DNA of 64,000 bases from Candidatus Marinacidobacterales bacterium (lineage in GTDB: Bacteria > Acidobacteriota > Vicinamibacteria > Marinacidobacterales > DATDRI01), in the NCBI GenBank assembly GCA_965226495.1, contig OZ245365.1:1664001-1728000 (forward strand), given 5' to 3'. The notes beneath the pieces were generated by a model. The model was not told the DNA's origin. It made no database searches and worked only from the letters and a program-made list of their open reading frames with translations. Below, piece by piece: positions 1 to 9,799 of this stretch. A program made the translations under genes and the position numbers. Positions within the stretch are counted from its first letter, which is position 1; each line of letters starts with the position of its first letter.

Positions 1-114
1 CGCGTCTTCACCCGGGACGGAGCAAGCTCACCGTCATCGGTGAAACCCGCTCGGTCGACTTCGCGAAGTGACGCAACTCCTCCTTGAATCTCGCCATCGA
101 GCCCCCTTCGTCCT

Positions 115-1185
115 ATGAAGCTCTCCGACCTTGGTGAAGACCGTTTCTTGGAGCGCGTCCGCGCACGAATGCCGAGGCCCGGGCCGCAGGTGAAGCTCGG
201 AATCGGCGATGACGCGGCGGCGCTCGTGATCCCCAGCGGCGAACAGGCCTTGGTCTCTACCGACGTGATGGTCGAGGGGGTGCACTTTACACGTCGCACC
301 CTGCCCCCTCGATTCGTTGGTCGAAAGGCCGTCGCCATCAATGCCAGCGACATCGCTGCCATGGGAGGGCAACCGGTGGCGGTGCTGCTGTCTCTGGCGA
401 CTCCGCTGGACACCGGGGTCGGGGAGCTCTTGGAGCTCTTCGATGGTCTGATTGCGCGGGCCGGTGAACTCGGTCTCGATCTGGTAGGAGGAAACCTCTC
501 CTCCTCACTTGGTCCCATCGTGCTCGACGTGACGGTTGTCGGCGCGACACGCAAGGGGAGGCTATTGCCCCGAACCGGCGCTCGAGCCGGTGACGCGATC
601 TATGTATCCGGAAAGCTGGGCGCTTCGGCTGCCGGCCTCAGCCTTCTCAATGACGGAATGGTCTTTTCGGCATCGGGTGGGCTGGTTGTTCCCAGCGCGC
701 TACGAGGGGGGCCGCTCCCGTTGGCGGAACAGTGTTTGAACGCGCACATGGAACCGGAACCACGCGTGGAGCTTGGCAAGTTTCTTTGCGAGCGAGGAAT
801 CGCGAGTGCCTGCATCGATCTCTCGGATGGCTTGGCCCGGGATCTAAATCGCCTTTGCGCGGCCAGCGATGTGGGCTCGCGGATCAACGAGGCGGCCCTG
901 CCAATCCACCCCGGCGTTCTAGCCTGGGAACGGTTGAGAAAGAAATCGCCGCTGGAAGTAGCCTTGTCGGGCGGGGAAGACTACGAGCTCTTATTCACTA
1001 CGCGAAAGGAGGAGCGGCTCGAGAAATGGAGGGCGGAGTTCGAAACTCCCCTGACACGGATCGGCGAGGTCACGAAGGCTAGCGAGGGCGTCCTGCTGGT
1101 CACGTTGGACGGAGAAAGACGTGCCCTCGAGCCCGCCGGGTGGGACCACTTCCGTACGCGTCGGGCCGGTGGCCGCGTCACATGA
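115..1185 (+). CDS. thiL: thiamine-monophosphate kinase
   Basis: GIGDDAA, STDVMVEGVHF, NASDIAAMGG, IDLSDGL and GGEDYELLFT motifs. Confidence 0.95.
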   Translation: MKLSDLGEDRFLERVRARMPRPGPQVKLGIGDDAAALVIPSGEQALVSTDVMVEGVHFTRRTLPPRFVGRKAVAINASDIAAMGGQPVAVLLSLATPLDTGVGELLELFDGLIARAGELGLDLVGGNLSSSLGPIVLDVTVVGATRKGRLLPRTGARAGDAIYVSGKLGASAAGLSLLNDGMVFSASGGLVVPSALRGGPLPLAEQCLNAHMEPEPRVELGKFLCERGIASACIDLSDGLARDLNRLCAASDVGSRINEAALPIHPGVLAWERLRKKSPLEVALSGGEDYELLFTTRKEERLEKWRAEFETPLTRIGEVTKASEGVLLVTLDGERRALEPAGWDHFRTRRAGGRVT

Positions 1186-1688
1186 GTGACTCGAAGCTAG
1201 GCCGGCTGCGCGCATTCCTGGGCCAACTACTTCATCTCGGGGATAGCCCCGAGCGCACTGCGTTGGCGTTCTCGATCGGGGTCTTTTTCAGTTTCTCGCC
1301 GTTCGTCGGACTGCACACCGTTATGGGATTGGCCACCGCTTTCCTGTTCAAGCTCAACCGGCTGGCTTTATTGATCGGCGTCTATGTCAATAACCCCTGG
1401 ACTATGGCCCCGGTGGCGTCGCTCGGTACGGCCCTTGGCTTCTACATCCTAGGTACGGAAAACAAGTTTGCCGATGTCTCGTGGAATACGATGCTGACTG
1501 GGTCGTTTTGGAAGGAGATGTTCTCAGATGTCAACAACTTGCTCTTGCCGTTCTTCGTCGGAAATCTAATTCTTTCCGTGGGCGCCGCAGTGCTCGCCTA
1601 CTGGGTTTTGAGGGGGATCCTGATCCGCCATGGAGTCCAGCGTGAGGCTCTTAGTCCAGCGGAGGACGCTTCTTCGCGAAATCGGTAG
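1182..1688 (+). CDS. DUF2062-family membrane protein
   Basis: SPERTALAFSIGVF..PFVGLHT..NNPWT pattern; ATG at 1182 overlaps the thiL stop. Confidence 0.8.
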   Translation: MSDSKLGRLRAFLGQLLHLGDSPERTALAFSIGVFFSFSPFVGLHTVMGLATAFLFKLNRLALLIGVYVNNPWTMAPVASLGTALGFYILGTENKFADVSWNTMLTGSFWKEMFSDVNNLLLPFFVGNLILSVGAAVLAYWVLRGILIRHGVQREALSPAEDASSRNR

Positions 1689-3114
1689 CCTGCTCGAATG
1701 CGTGGGCGATGCGGAGGATCGTCCCTTCCGCGAAGTGCTTCCCCAGAAGCTGCAGGCCGATGGGTAGCCCGCCTCCACTGAACCCGGCGGGAACGCTGAT
1801 CGCCGGAATGCCGACCAAGTTTGCGGTGATTGTAAAAACGTCGGACAGATACATCTGTAATGGGTCTTCGAGTTTCTCTCCCAACTTGAAGGCTGGCGTC
1901 GGCGTGGTGGGGAGTGCAACCGCGTCCACTTTCTCGAATGCTTGTTGAAAATCACGGGCAATCAGCGTCCGCACCTTCTGGGCCTTGACGTAGTACGCAT
2001 CGTAGTATCCCGCCGAGAGAACATAAGTTCCCAGCATGATACGGCGTTTCACTTCGGCGCCGAAGCCTTCTTCCCTCGTCTGCCGGTACATTTGTTGAAG
2101 GTCTTGCGCGTCGCTGGCTTGCAGGCCGTATCGAACCCCATCGTACCGAGCCAAGTTGGAGCTCGCCTCGGAGGTCGAGATCAAGTAGTAGCAGGCGACC
2201 GCATGCGCGGAAGCGGGCAGATCGATTTCTACTGCCTCGACCCCCATCTCTTCGAGAGTCACGATCGCCGAGCGGTAGCAATCCAGCACGTCGGAATCGA
2301 GGCCCTCGGTAGGAAGCTCACGCGGGACGCCGATCCGAAGTTTAGAGACGCCTCGGTTCAGTTGCTCGAGATAGTCTTCGGTGGGCTCCGCGGCGCTAGT
2401 GGCATCGAGTGGGTCGTGACCGGCCATGACCCCGAGGAGCAATGCGGCGTCTTCGACCGAGCGGGTCAGGGGGCCGATTTGATCGAGCGAGGATGCGAAG
2501 GCCACCAGCCCATAACGAGACACACGTCCGTACGTTGGCTTGAGTCCGGTAACGCCGCAGAGCGCCGCTGGTTGCCGGACCGATCCGCCGGTATCCGTTC
2601 CCAAGGCGGCGGGTACTTCACTTGCCGCGACGGCGGCTGCCGATCCGCCACTCGACCCGCCGGGGACGCGTCCCAGGTCCCAGGGATTGCTGGTGGGATG
2701 GAACGCGGAATTCTCCGTCGACGACCCCATCGCGAATTCGTCAAGGTTGCACTTGCCGACGAGAACCGCTCCCTCCGCCAAAAGCCGATCGATGGCCGTG
2801 GCGTTATAGGGTGGGACGTAGCCTTCGAGGATGCGTGACCCGCAGGTGCACGGAGTTCCCCTCATCGAGATGATGTCTTTGATGGCCAGGGGTACGCCGT
2901 GGAGTTTGCCAGCCGATTCACCTCGTGCTTGACGCTCGTCGAGCTCCTTGGCACGCGTCAGGGCCTTTTCGGAAGTCCGACTCAAGAACGCGCGCACCTT
3001 TGGCTCGAGCCGATCGGTGCGTTCCACGAAAGCGCGGGTCACGTCGTGAGACGATAACGAGCCACTGGCAATCTGCTCGCGAATCTCGGCGGCTGTGAGG
3101 TCCGTCGGATTCAC
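1651..3114 (-). CDS. gatA: Asp-tRNA(Asn)/Glu-tRNA(Gln) amidotransferase subunit A
   Basis: Amidase signature GGSSGGSAAAVAA, GTDTGGSVRQPA, EASSNLARYDG, EVKRRIMLG. Confidence 0.97.
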   Translation of the reverse strand: MNPTDLTAAEIREQIASGSLSSHDVTRAFVERTDRLEPKVRAFLSRTSEKALTRAKELDERQARGESAGKLHGVPLAIKDIISMRGTPCTCGSRILEGYVPPYNATAIDRLLAEGAVLVGKCNLDEFAMGSSTENSAFHPTSNPWDLGRVPGGSSGGSAAAVAASEVPAALGTDTGGSVRQPAALCGVTGLKPTYGRVSRYGLVAFASSLDQIGPLTRSVEDAALLLGVMAGHDPLDATSAAEPTEDYLEQLNRGVSKLRIGVPRELPTEGLDSDVLDCYRSAIVTLEEMGVEAVEIDLPASAHAVACYYLISTSEASSNLARYDGVRYGLQASDAQDLQQMYRQTREEGFGAEVKRRIMLGTYVLSAGYYDAYYVKAQKVRTLIARDFQQAFEKVDAVALPTTPTPAFKLGEKLEDPLQMYLSDVFTITANLVGIPAISVPAGFSGGGLPIGLQLLGKHFAEGTILRIAHAFEQATDFAKKRPPLD

Positions 3115-3428
3115 GGAATCACTCTAGGGACTTTGATTAGCCCGTCGTTTTTGGCGGGTTTGGCGGGCTGTTTAGATGAGCTGGGTGCGAGGCGGAGCAC
3201 CTCGTCCTGAGGTAGGCACGGCGTTTCTTCGTCCTCACGGAAGGCGTCGTCTCGAAGCAGCGCATGAGACGTGGGCTCGACGCCGTCGGTGTCGAGGGTG
3301 TCGATACCCTCCGCGTAGGCCAGAATCGCTTCCAGCTGCGTGGCGAACTTCTGCTTCTCCTCCACTGTTAGCTCGAGATGCGCGAGCGCCGCGATGTTCT
3401 CGACGTCCTTCTGGGTGATTCTTGCCAT
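3111..3428 (-). CDS. gatC: Asp/Glu-tRNA amidotransferase subunit C
   Basis: ITQKDVENIAALAHL...LDTDGVEPT...VPRVI; immediately upstream of gatA. Confidence 0.92.
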   Translation of the reverse strand: MARITQKDVENIAALAHLELTVEEKQKFATQLEAILAYAEGIDTLDTDGVEPTSHALLRDDAFREDEETPCLPQDEVLRLAPSSSKQPAKPAKNDGLIKVPRVIP

Positions 3429-3448
3429 GGTCTAGGTCTCGATCCGGT

Positions 3449-3458
3449 AGTATATACT
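3449..3458. promoter_or_regulatory. palindromic AGTATATACT giving a TATACT -10 hexamer on both strands (candidate bidirectional promoter)
   Basis: Lies in the 38-bp gap between the divergent gatC (3428) and GT2 (3467) starts. Confidence 0.5.
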
Positions 3459-3466
3459 GTCCGTCT

Positions 3467-4495
3467 ATGGGCACAGAGATGACCCGAGATACCGAAGCTG
3501 CTACCGCTTCGGCCGCTACTAAAGGTTCCGCGACGTCCTCGAAGGACCCGGAAATCTCCGTCGTCGTCCCAGTCTTTAACGAAGAAGGGAACCTGTCTCC
3601 GCTCTTCCGAGAGCTCACGGATGTGCTCGAATCCTACGGCCGTTCTTACGAGATGCTTTTCGTGGACGACGGTAGCACCGATGCTAGTTTCGCCATCTTG
3701 AGCTCGCTGCACAGCAATGATCCCCGTGTTCGGGTGATCCGCTTTCGGCGAAACTTCGGCCAGACTGCCGCTCTGGCGGCCGGATTCGATCATGCCAAGG
3801 GATCGATCGTGGTTACGCTCGACGGCGACCGGCAGAACGATCCGTCGGACATTCCCGCCATGATAGAGAGGCTGGAAAAGGGCTTCGATATGGTCTGCGG
3901 CTGGCGGAAGCAGCGGCAAGACCCGTTACTCTCGCGTCGAATTCCGTCGCAGATCGCAAACCGCCTCATATCGTTCACCACCGGCGTCCACCTCCATGAC
4001 TACGGTTGTACTCTGAAAGTCATGAGGTCGGAGGTGGCAAAGAACATTCAGCTTTATGGAGAGATGCACCGTTTCATCCCCGCCGTCGCGAGTTGGATGG
4101 GGGTAGACATCGACGAGGTCGTCGTTTCTCATCGTCCTCGCCAAGCAGGGCAATCTAAGTACGGCATCACGCGCACATTTCGTGTCCTGCTAGATCTGCT
4201 CACGGTCAAGTTCCTCCTGAACTACTCCAGCCGACCCTTGCAAATCTTCGGCTCGGTGGGTTTCTTATTGGGAGGAACGGGCTTCGTTCTAGGCTGCTAC
4301 TTGACCTGGGTGAAGTACGGGCTCGGCCAGGCGATCTCGGGCCGGCCCCTGCTTTTGCTGGCGATCTTGCTGATGTTCAGCGGACTTCAGCTGGTGAGTT
4401 TGGGATTGCTAGGCGAGCTACTAGCGCGCCTCTATCACGAGACGCGCTCGCGCCCCCCCTATGCGATTCGAGAGATGCTGTCGGCTCAGGACTGA
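3467..4495 (+). CDS. glycosyltransferase family 2 (ArnC/DPM-synthase-like, C-terminal TM helices)
   Basis: SVVVPVFNEE, VDDGSTD, RNFGQTAAL, LDGDRQNDP, GEMHRFIP; start may instead be 3479. Confidence 0.9.
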   Translation: MGTEMTRDTEAATASAATKGSATSSKDPEISVVVPVFNEEGNLSPLFRELTDVLESYGRSYEMLFVDDGSTDASFAILSSLHSNDPRVRVIRFRRNFGQTAALAAGFDHAKGSIVVTLDGDRQNDPSDIPAMIERLEKGFDMVCGWRKQRQDPLLSRRIPSQIANRLISFTTGVHLHDYGCTLKVMRSEVAKNIQLYGEMHRFIPAVASWMGVDIDEVVVSHRPRQAGQSKYGITRTFRVLLDLLTVKFLLNYSSRPLQIFGSVGFLLGGTGFVLGCYLTWVKYGLGQAISGRPLLLLAILLMFSGLQLVSLGLLGELLARLYHETRSRPPYAIREMLSAQD

Positions 4496-4506
4496 GCTCC
4501 CGCCGA

Positions 4507-5538
4507 TTACTCCGTCACTCCGATTTCCACGTTCGAATAGATCGCCCCCTCGGGTGTTTCGAAGCGCATGCTGGCTCCTAGCTCGATGCGATGGACCTGT
4601 GGCGTATAAGGCTGGCGGTACTCGAAGAAGATACGCTCGACGTCATCGATGAACAGCCGAACAAAGGTACGGTTCTCTGATCCTTCCGGTCCCCATTGCC
4701 AACGGAAGTGATGGATTTGGTCGGCCTTCCACCCGAGAAACGCACTGAACCCGTCGATCTGTTTCCCGTTCGAGATCCAGCGGATGCGTAGGTATCTCAG
4801 AGTGCTGGTCGAAGTTCGATCTTGCTTCTGAATGCTGGCGCGAAAGGGATTCGTGGTGAAGTCGCTGCCAGCGCTGGGGTCCCACATGACCACGAGATGA
4901 CGGGCTCCGGAACCGATATTGCCGATAGCCAAACCCGTCATGTCCCACTCTATGTAACCAGCCGCGAGCGTGTCCAGGTTGTAGATAATGTGATTGGAGC
5001 GCGCCTGCACCAACCAGCCTTGGTCGGTGAAGACCCCACCGCGACGTGTCCCAACCGTCGATCCGTTGGTAAGTGGATCGAAGACCAGGACGCCGCCTCG
5101 GGGCTCATTGGATTTGAAGGCGGTGAGTACATCGAAATCCGCCACTGCAGAAAAGGGCCCATCGATACCCGAGGCTCTGGCTCGCGCACGCCAGAAGTGT
5201 TCCCCGTTGCCGAGGTTTACCGTGACCTTCCACGAAGTCTGACCGCTAGCATCCTGCCCTACGCCATCGATCTGGGCGACGATATTGGTGAACCCGGAAT
5301 CGGTGGCCACTTGGAACGTGTATGAGGCCGAGCCACCGTCACTCACCGTTACGTTGGTGACAGTCAGTGTGGGTTTTGTCTCGCTGGTTTCGCTACCCGC
5401 TGCTGGACTTACGATGCCCGGGGCGCCAAGCGTGGTGCTAGGCCCGGAAGGTGAATCATCGCCGCAGCCGTTGAAAAATCCCGCGGCAAGAGTCAGCGCT
5501 GTTAGAAAGAAAAGTCTGTTGTTTGCCAGTTGATTCAT
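4507..5538 (-). CDS. hypothetical lipoprotein (Ig-like N-domain plus lectin-like C-domain), paralog 1
   Basis: Signal peptide with lipobox FNG-C; YTFQVATDSGF..WRARA beta-rich segment; domain names inferred. Confidence 0.75.
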   Translation of the reverse strand: MNQLANNRLFFLTALTLAAGFFNGCGDDSPSGPSTTLGAPGIVSPAAGSETSETKPTLTVTNVTVSDGGSASYTFQVATDSGFTNIVAQIDGVGQDASGQTSWKVTVNLGNGEHFWRARARASGIDGPFSAVADFDVLTAFKSNEPRGGVLVFDPLTNGSTVGTRRGGVFTDQGWLVQARSNHIIYNLDTLAAGYIEWDMTGLAIGNIGSGARHLVVMWDPSAGSDFTTNPFRASIQKQDRTSTSTLRYLRIRWISNGKQIDGFSAFLGWKADQIHHFRWQWGPEGSENRTFVRLFIDDVERIFFEYRQPYTPQVHRIELGASMRFETPEGAIYSNVEIGVTE

Positions 5539-5558
5539 CCGTCCCTCTAATAGCAAGT

Positions 5559-5591
5559 GGGCTGAGCTCCCGCATGGAGGGAGCCCAGCCC
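5559..5591. terminator. GC-rich stem-loop between the two lipoprotein genes
   Basis: GGGCTGAGCTCCC-N7-GGGAGCCCAGCCC. Confidence 0.5.
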
Positions 5592-5601
5592 TGTTTGTAT
5601 T

Positions 5602-6624
5602 CTACTTCTCAAAAATTCTGACGTTCGAATAGACGGCGTCGGTGATAGATTCCGCTCGCGCCGCGACCCCCATCTCTACAGTGTGATTACTCGGATTATA
5701 AGGCGGATCGTACTCGATCTCGAGCATCAAGCGGCCGTCGAGGTACAAGAATGCGAAATTCGAGTCGTCGCTGACTGGACCCCACTCCAGAAGCCAGGTG
5801 TAGATCTGGTTCGGATCCCATCGTAGAAAGTTGGTTCCTTCCTCGCCCAAGTCCCCCTGCGAGATCCACCGCATTCGGAGAAATGGAGGGTTGTGCTGTG
5901 GAGGGTGGATCTTCAAGACGTGAACGCGGTAAGCGTTTTCTCGGAAGGCACCGTCTCTGGGGTCCCACATCCCCATCACCATGAACTCGTTGGACCGGTT
6001 GTTCTCCACCTTGAGCCCGGTCATCTGCCACTCAACGGAACCGGCTACCAGCGTTCGAATTTCGTAGCGGAGGAAATCGAAGCGGGTCGTGACCAGCCAA
6101 CCTTCCGGAGTGAGCCTTCCTCCACCTCGCCGGGTGGCTTCGGTCCTGCCGTTGGTGAGCGGGTCGAAGAGGATCTCTCGTCCTTCGGGGTCCTTCACAT
6201 TGACGTTGACCTGGAAGTCCGCCACCGAGGAAAACGGCCCTTCCGTACCACTCGCCACCGCGCGAGCTCGCCAGAAGTGGTCACCCCCGCTCAGTGCCGA
6301 CCTCACTCGCCAGGACGTCTCACCGCTGCCATCCTCTTCCACACCGCCACTCTCGGCTACAATATCGGCGAAGTTGGAATCGGTGGCCACTTGAAATGTG
6401 TAGGTTGCGCCACTTCCGTCGCTTACCGTCACGTTCGCGACGACCAAAGTGGGTCGATCTCCGACGCTGGCGCCATCCGGGCCTACAACCGTTGGCGCGC
6501 TGATCGTAACGCTGACTGATGTCGTACCAGTGTTGCTTTCGTCGCTCCCGCACGCGGCGAGCAAAGCAGCTCCCGCGAGCAGAACGGACGAAGCGACGCC
6601 CCAGCTTGATCGTTCGGCTTTCAT
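5602..6624 (-). CDS. hypothetical lipoprotein, paralog 2
   Basis: Lipobox LAA-C; collinear with 4507-5538 (NVTVSDG..YTFQVATDS..FDPLTNG..MWDP..RWIS..WGP..YSNV). Confidence 0.75.
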   Translation of the reverse strand: MKAERSSWGVASSVLLAGAALLAACGSDESNTGTTSVSVTISAPTVVGPDGASVGDRPTLVVANVTVSDGSGATYTFQVATDSNFADIVAESGGVEEDGSGETSWRVRSALSGGDHFWRARAVASGTEGPFSSVADFQVNVNVKDPEGREILFDPLTNGRTEATRRGGGRLTPEGWLVTTRFDFLRYEIRTLVAGSVEWQMTGLKVENNRSNEFMVMGMWDPRDGAFRENAYRVHVLKIHPPQHNPPFLRMRWISQGDLGEEGTNFLRWDPNQIYTWLLEWGPVSDDSNFAFLYLDGRLMLEIEYDPPYNPSNHTVEMGVAARAESITDAVYSNVRIFEK

Positions 6625-6835
6625 TCTGGTGCTTCCTCCTAAATGGTTGGTAATTCGGCGCGCCGACGGGGTGGTAGTTGGGAATCCCAATAGGGAGCCC
6701 CAGGCGGCCACAAAAGAAGGTAGACTACCACGTGGCAAGGGAGAAGTCCAGAGCTCTCAAAACACAGGGCCCTAAGGGGTTCCGGGGGTGGTCGACACCC
6801 CAAAAGGGCGCGATGACGCCCTGGAGGATGAGGCG

Positions 6836-7816
6836 GTGAAGGTCCTGGTTACGGGAGCAAGCGGGTTTACGGGTAGTCACCTCGTCAGGCTCTTGACCGA
6901 GGCCGGCCACCAGGTTCGTGTACTCGTTCGTCCTTCGAGTCGGCTGGACTTGTTGGAGGGGCTCGCGACGGAGCAGATTCAGGGGGATCTTACCGATGCA
7001 GAAGGCATCCGCCGCGCCGTCGCGGGCACCGAGCGCATCTTTCACCTCGCCGCGTTGTACCGTGAGGCCAAGCTCCCGGATCGGGTTTACTACAACGTCA
7101 ACGTCGAAGGGACGCGGCGTCTAGCCGAGGCGGCTCTCTTGGAAGGCGGCGTGCCGCTCATCTATTGCAGCACTTGCGGAGTGCACGGGGAAGTGGCCGA
7201 GCCTCCCGCAGACGAGGAAGCCCCTTACAATCCTGGGGATATCTATCAAGAAACCAAGGTGGAGGCGGAAAAGCTGCTCCTTTCGATGAATCGGGAGCGG
7301 GGACTTCACGTCGTCATCCTGCGACCGGTTGGAATCTATGGACCGGGAGACCGGCGCTTGCTAAAACTGTTTCGCGGGATCGCCCGCGGCCACTTTCCCA
7401 TGATTGGAAAGGGTGACGTCTTCTACCACCTCACGCATGTCGAGGACGTGGCCCGGGGTTTCATGCGTGCCGCCGAAGTCTCATCCGCGAATGGGAAGGC
7501 CTTTATCATCGCGGGTGCGCGCTACACGACCATCAACGAGTTGATCGAGATCATCGCTGGTGCCGCCAATGTCTCTCCGCCCAGATTGCGGCTTCCCGCC
7601 GGACCGATGTATGCCGCCGCGGTCGTCTGCGAAGGCATTTGCCGCCCTCTCGGTATTGAGCCACCGCTTTACCGTCGCCGCCTGGATTTTTTCCTGAAGC
7701 ATCGGGCCTTCAAGATCGACAAGGCTCGGGACGAGCTAGGGTGGAATCCGGAGGTCGACTTGGAGCAGGGGGTTCGCCAGACGCTTGACACCTACCGCTC
7801 GCAGGGCTGGCTTTAG
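6836..7816 (+). CDS. NAD-dependent epimerase/dehydratase (extended SDR)
   Basis: TGASGFTG, YQETK (YxxxK); GTG start 6836 after GGAGG. Confidence 0.9.
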   Translation: MKVLVTGASGFTGSHLVRLLTEAGHQVRVLVRPSSRLDLLEGLATEQIQGDLTDAEGIRRAVAGTERIFHLAALYREAKLPDRVYYNVNVEGTRRLAEAALLEGGVPLIYCSTCGVHGEVAEPPADEEAPYNPGDIYQETKVEAEKLLLSMNRERGLHVVILRPVGIYGPGDRRLLKLFRGIARGHFPMIGKGDVFYHLTHVEDVARGFMRAAEVSSANGKAFIIAGARYTTINELIEIIAGAANVSPPRLRLPAGPMYAAAVVCEGICRPLGIEPPLYRRRLDFFLKHRAFKIDKARDELGWNPEVDLEQGVRQTLDTYRSQGWL

Positions 7817-7825
7817 ACCGTTAGA

Positions 7826-8623
7826 ATGAGTGTCATGGCGTCGCCTGCGAGCTCCGATCGGAAGAACGATCCACGGATCGGCGTTGCGCAGCAAGAGCTG
7901 TTCGACGAGAACAAGAGCAAAGTCACGAAATACAGCGAGTTCGTCGTCGGAAGGAGCGGTGTTCTGCCCCTCCTGGGCTACGAATTCGTGACGATGATGT
8001 CGTCGTGGGTTCCGGGAGCCTTAGGGTTGTTCTTGAGAAGCAAACTCTACCCGCTGCTACTCGGGTCGTGCGGGCGCAACGTGACTTTCGGGCAAAACGT
8101 CGTCCTGCGCCATCCTCACAAGATCCGCATCGGCTCGAACGTCGTGGTGGACGACAATTGTCTGCTGGATGCGAAAGGGCTCGATAATCGCGGCATCGAC
8201 CTGGAAGATGGTGTCTGGGTCGGTCGCAATACGATCCTTTCCTGCAAGAACGGCAACATTCGCCTCGGGGAGAAGGCCAACGTCGGTTTCAATTGCGAAA
8301 TCGCCGCCGCGGGCGACGTTCGCATCGGGAAACAGGTGCTCCTGGCGGCCTATGTCTATATCGTCGGTGGCGACCACCTGCACGAGAGAACGGATGTCCC
8401 GGTAGCCGAGCAAGGCCGAACCGCACAGGGACTGGCAATTGAGGATGGCGCCTGGGTCGGGGCCCACGTTGTCGTTGCCGACGGGGTTCGAATTGGTAAA
8501 CATGCTATTATTGGGGCCGGCGGTGTAGTTCTCGAGGACGTTCCCGATTACCACATTGCAGGTGGAGTACCGACGCGGCTCCTTCGGGATCGCCGGGACG
8601 CCTCTGCGGACGACGCCAGTTAA
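7826..8623 (+). CDS. hexapeptide-repeat (left-handed beta-helix) acyltransferase
   Basis: Repeated [LIV]G..xx hexads, IEDGAWVG..GVRIG..IIGAG. Confidence 0.88.
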   Translation: MSVMASPASSDRKNDPRIGVAQQELFDENKSKVTKYSEFVVGRSGVLPLLGYEFVTMMSSWVPGALGLFLRSKLYPLLLGSCGRNVTFGQNVVLRHPHKIRIGSNVVVDDNCLLDAKGLDNRGIDLEDGVWVGRNTILSCKNGNIRLGEKANVGFNCEIAAAGDVRIGKQVLLAAYVYIVGGDHLHERTDVPVAEQGRTAQGLAIEDGAWVGAHVVVADGVRIGKHAIIGAGGVVLEDVPDYHIAGGVPTRLLRDRRDASADDAS

Positions 8624-8634
8624 TCGCTAATCAA

Positions 8635-9795
8635 ATGTTCGGAACCAAGAATTACGTCGGCAAGCTTCTGAGGCGCAGTGTGCCCTCGGTGCCCATGGAC
8701 TTCGTGAAGACGCAAGTGGTGGGGCGTTTCAAGCCGATCCCTCCCGTGGTCTTGATCCTAAACGTGTCCTACAAGTGTGACTCCAAGTGCGTGATGTGCA
8801 ATTCTTGGAAAATGCCGTATCACGACGACCTGACTACCGACGACTACCGCAAGGCCTTCGCGAGCGACCTCTTTCGTTCCATCGAGTACGTAGGTATCAC
8901 CGGTGGCGAACCGACCCTTCGGCGAGACATGGTGGATCTGGTTCGCATCATGAGCGACAACATGCCTCGGCTCCGCAAGATGACCCTCAATACGAACGGC
9001 TTCGTCACCGAGAGAGTCGTCCCCGTTCTCGAGGGAATCATCGACGTTGCTAACGAGCGCGACTTCCTGTTCGGCACCCGGGTCAGCCTCGATGGTGTGG
9101 GTGATGCCCACGAGAACATTCGCCGGGTCTGGAACGCCTTCGATCGCTCGATGAAGACGGTTCGAGCGATGCAAGAGCTTCAGAAGAAGAAGTTTTTCAA
9201 CTTCGGCATCTCGTACACGTTCACCTCCCAGAACATGGACGAAGGGGACAAGATCTACGATTTTTGCAAGAAGGAAGACCTGGACGTCGTTTTCTCAATC
9301 GCCCGTTACTCGGAGCTGGCCTTCGGCAACATGGATCTCGTGGAGTCCACCGAGCTCAAGCCAGGGGACTTCCCGCGGCTCACCAAGTTTTTCCGGGAGC
9401 GGGTTCGAGAGTCGGGGCCGCTGGATGGAGATGCGCTGCTCTACCAGGCCTACGCCAAGATGTTCAGCAACGGAATGCGCCGCACGATGCCCTGCCCGTC
9501 CATGGATCAAGGCGTTCTTCTCAATCCGAACGGGGACCTCCACTACTGCGAGAACAGCTCCAAGATCGGTAACGTGCGCACCGACGATCCGGCCAAGTCC
9601 TACTACGATGCCTCCAACCTTGCTCAGAGGCAGATGGTCATCGACAAGATCTGCCCGTCTTGTGCTAGCCCGTGCTTCGTGAACGCCGCGGCGATGAAGC
9701 AAGTCTTCCCCTACCTCAAGTTCCTGGTGGAGTTGGGGGGAGAGAAGATTGCCTCTCGTTTCAGCAATCCCGCCAAGTCCAGCGCTTCTCCATAG
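8635..9795 (+). CDS. radical SAM protein with C-terminal SPASM/twitch-like Cys cluster
   Basis: CDSKCVMC (CxxxCxxC), TGGEPTLR, C-terminal CPSM..HYC..CPSCASPC. Confidence 0.88.
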   Translation: MFGTKNYVGKLLRRSVPSVPMDFVKTQVVGRFKPIPPVVLILNVSYKCDSKCVMCNSWKMPYHDDLTTDDYRKAFASDLFRSIEYVGITGGEPTLRRDMVDLVRIMSDNMPRLRKMTLNTNGFVTERVVPVLEGIIDVANERDFLFGTRVSLDGVGDAHENIRRVWNAFDRSMKTVRAMQELQKKKFFNFGISYTFTSQNMDEGDKIYDFCKKEDLDVVFSIARYSELAFGNMDLVESTELKPGDFPRLTKFFRERVRESGPLDGDALLYQAYAKMFSNGMRRTMPCPSMDQGVLLNPNGDLHYCENSSKIGNVRTDDPAKSYYDASNLAQRQMVIDKICPSCASPCFVNAAAMKQVFPYLKFLVELGGEKIASRFSNPAKSSASP

Positions 9796-9799
9796 CTAA

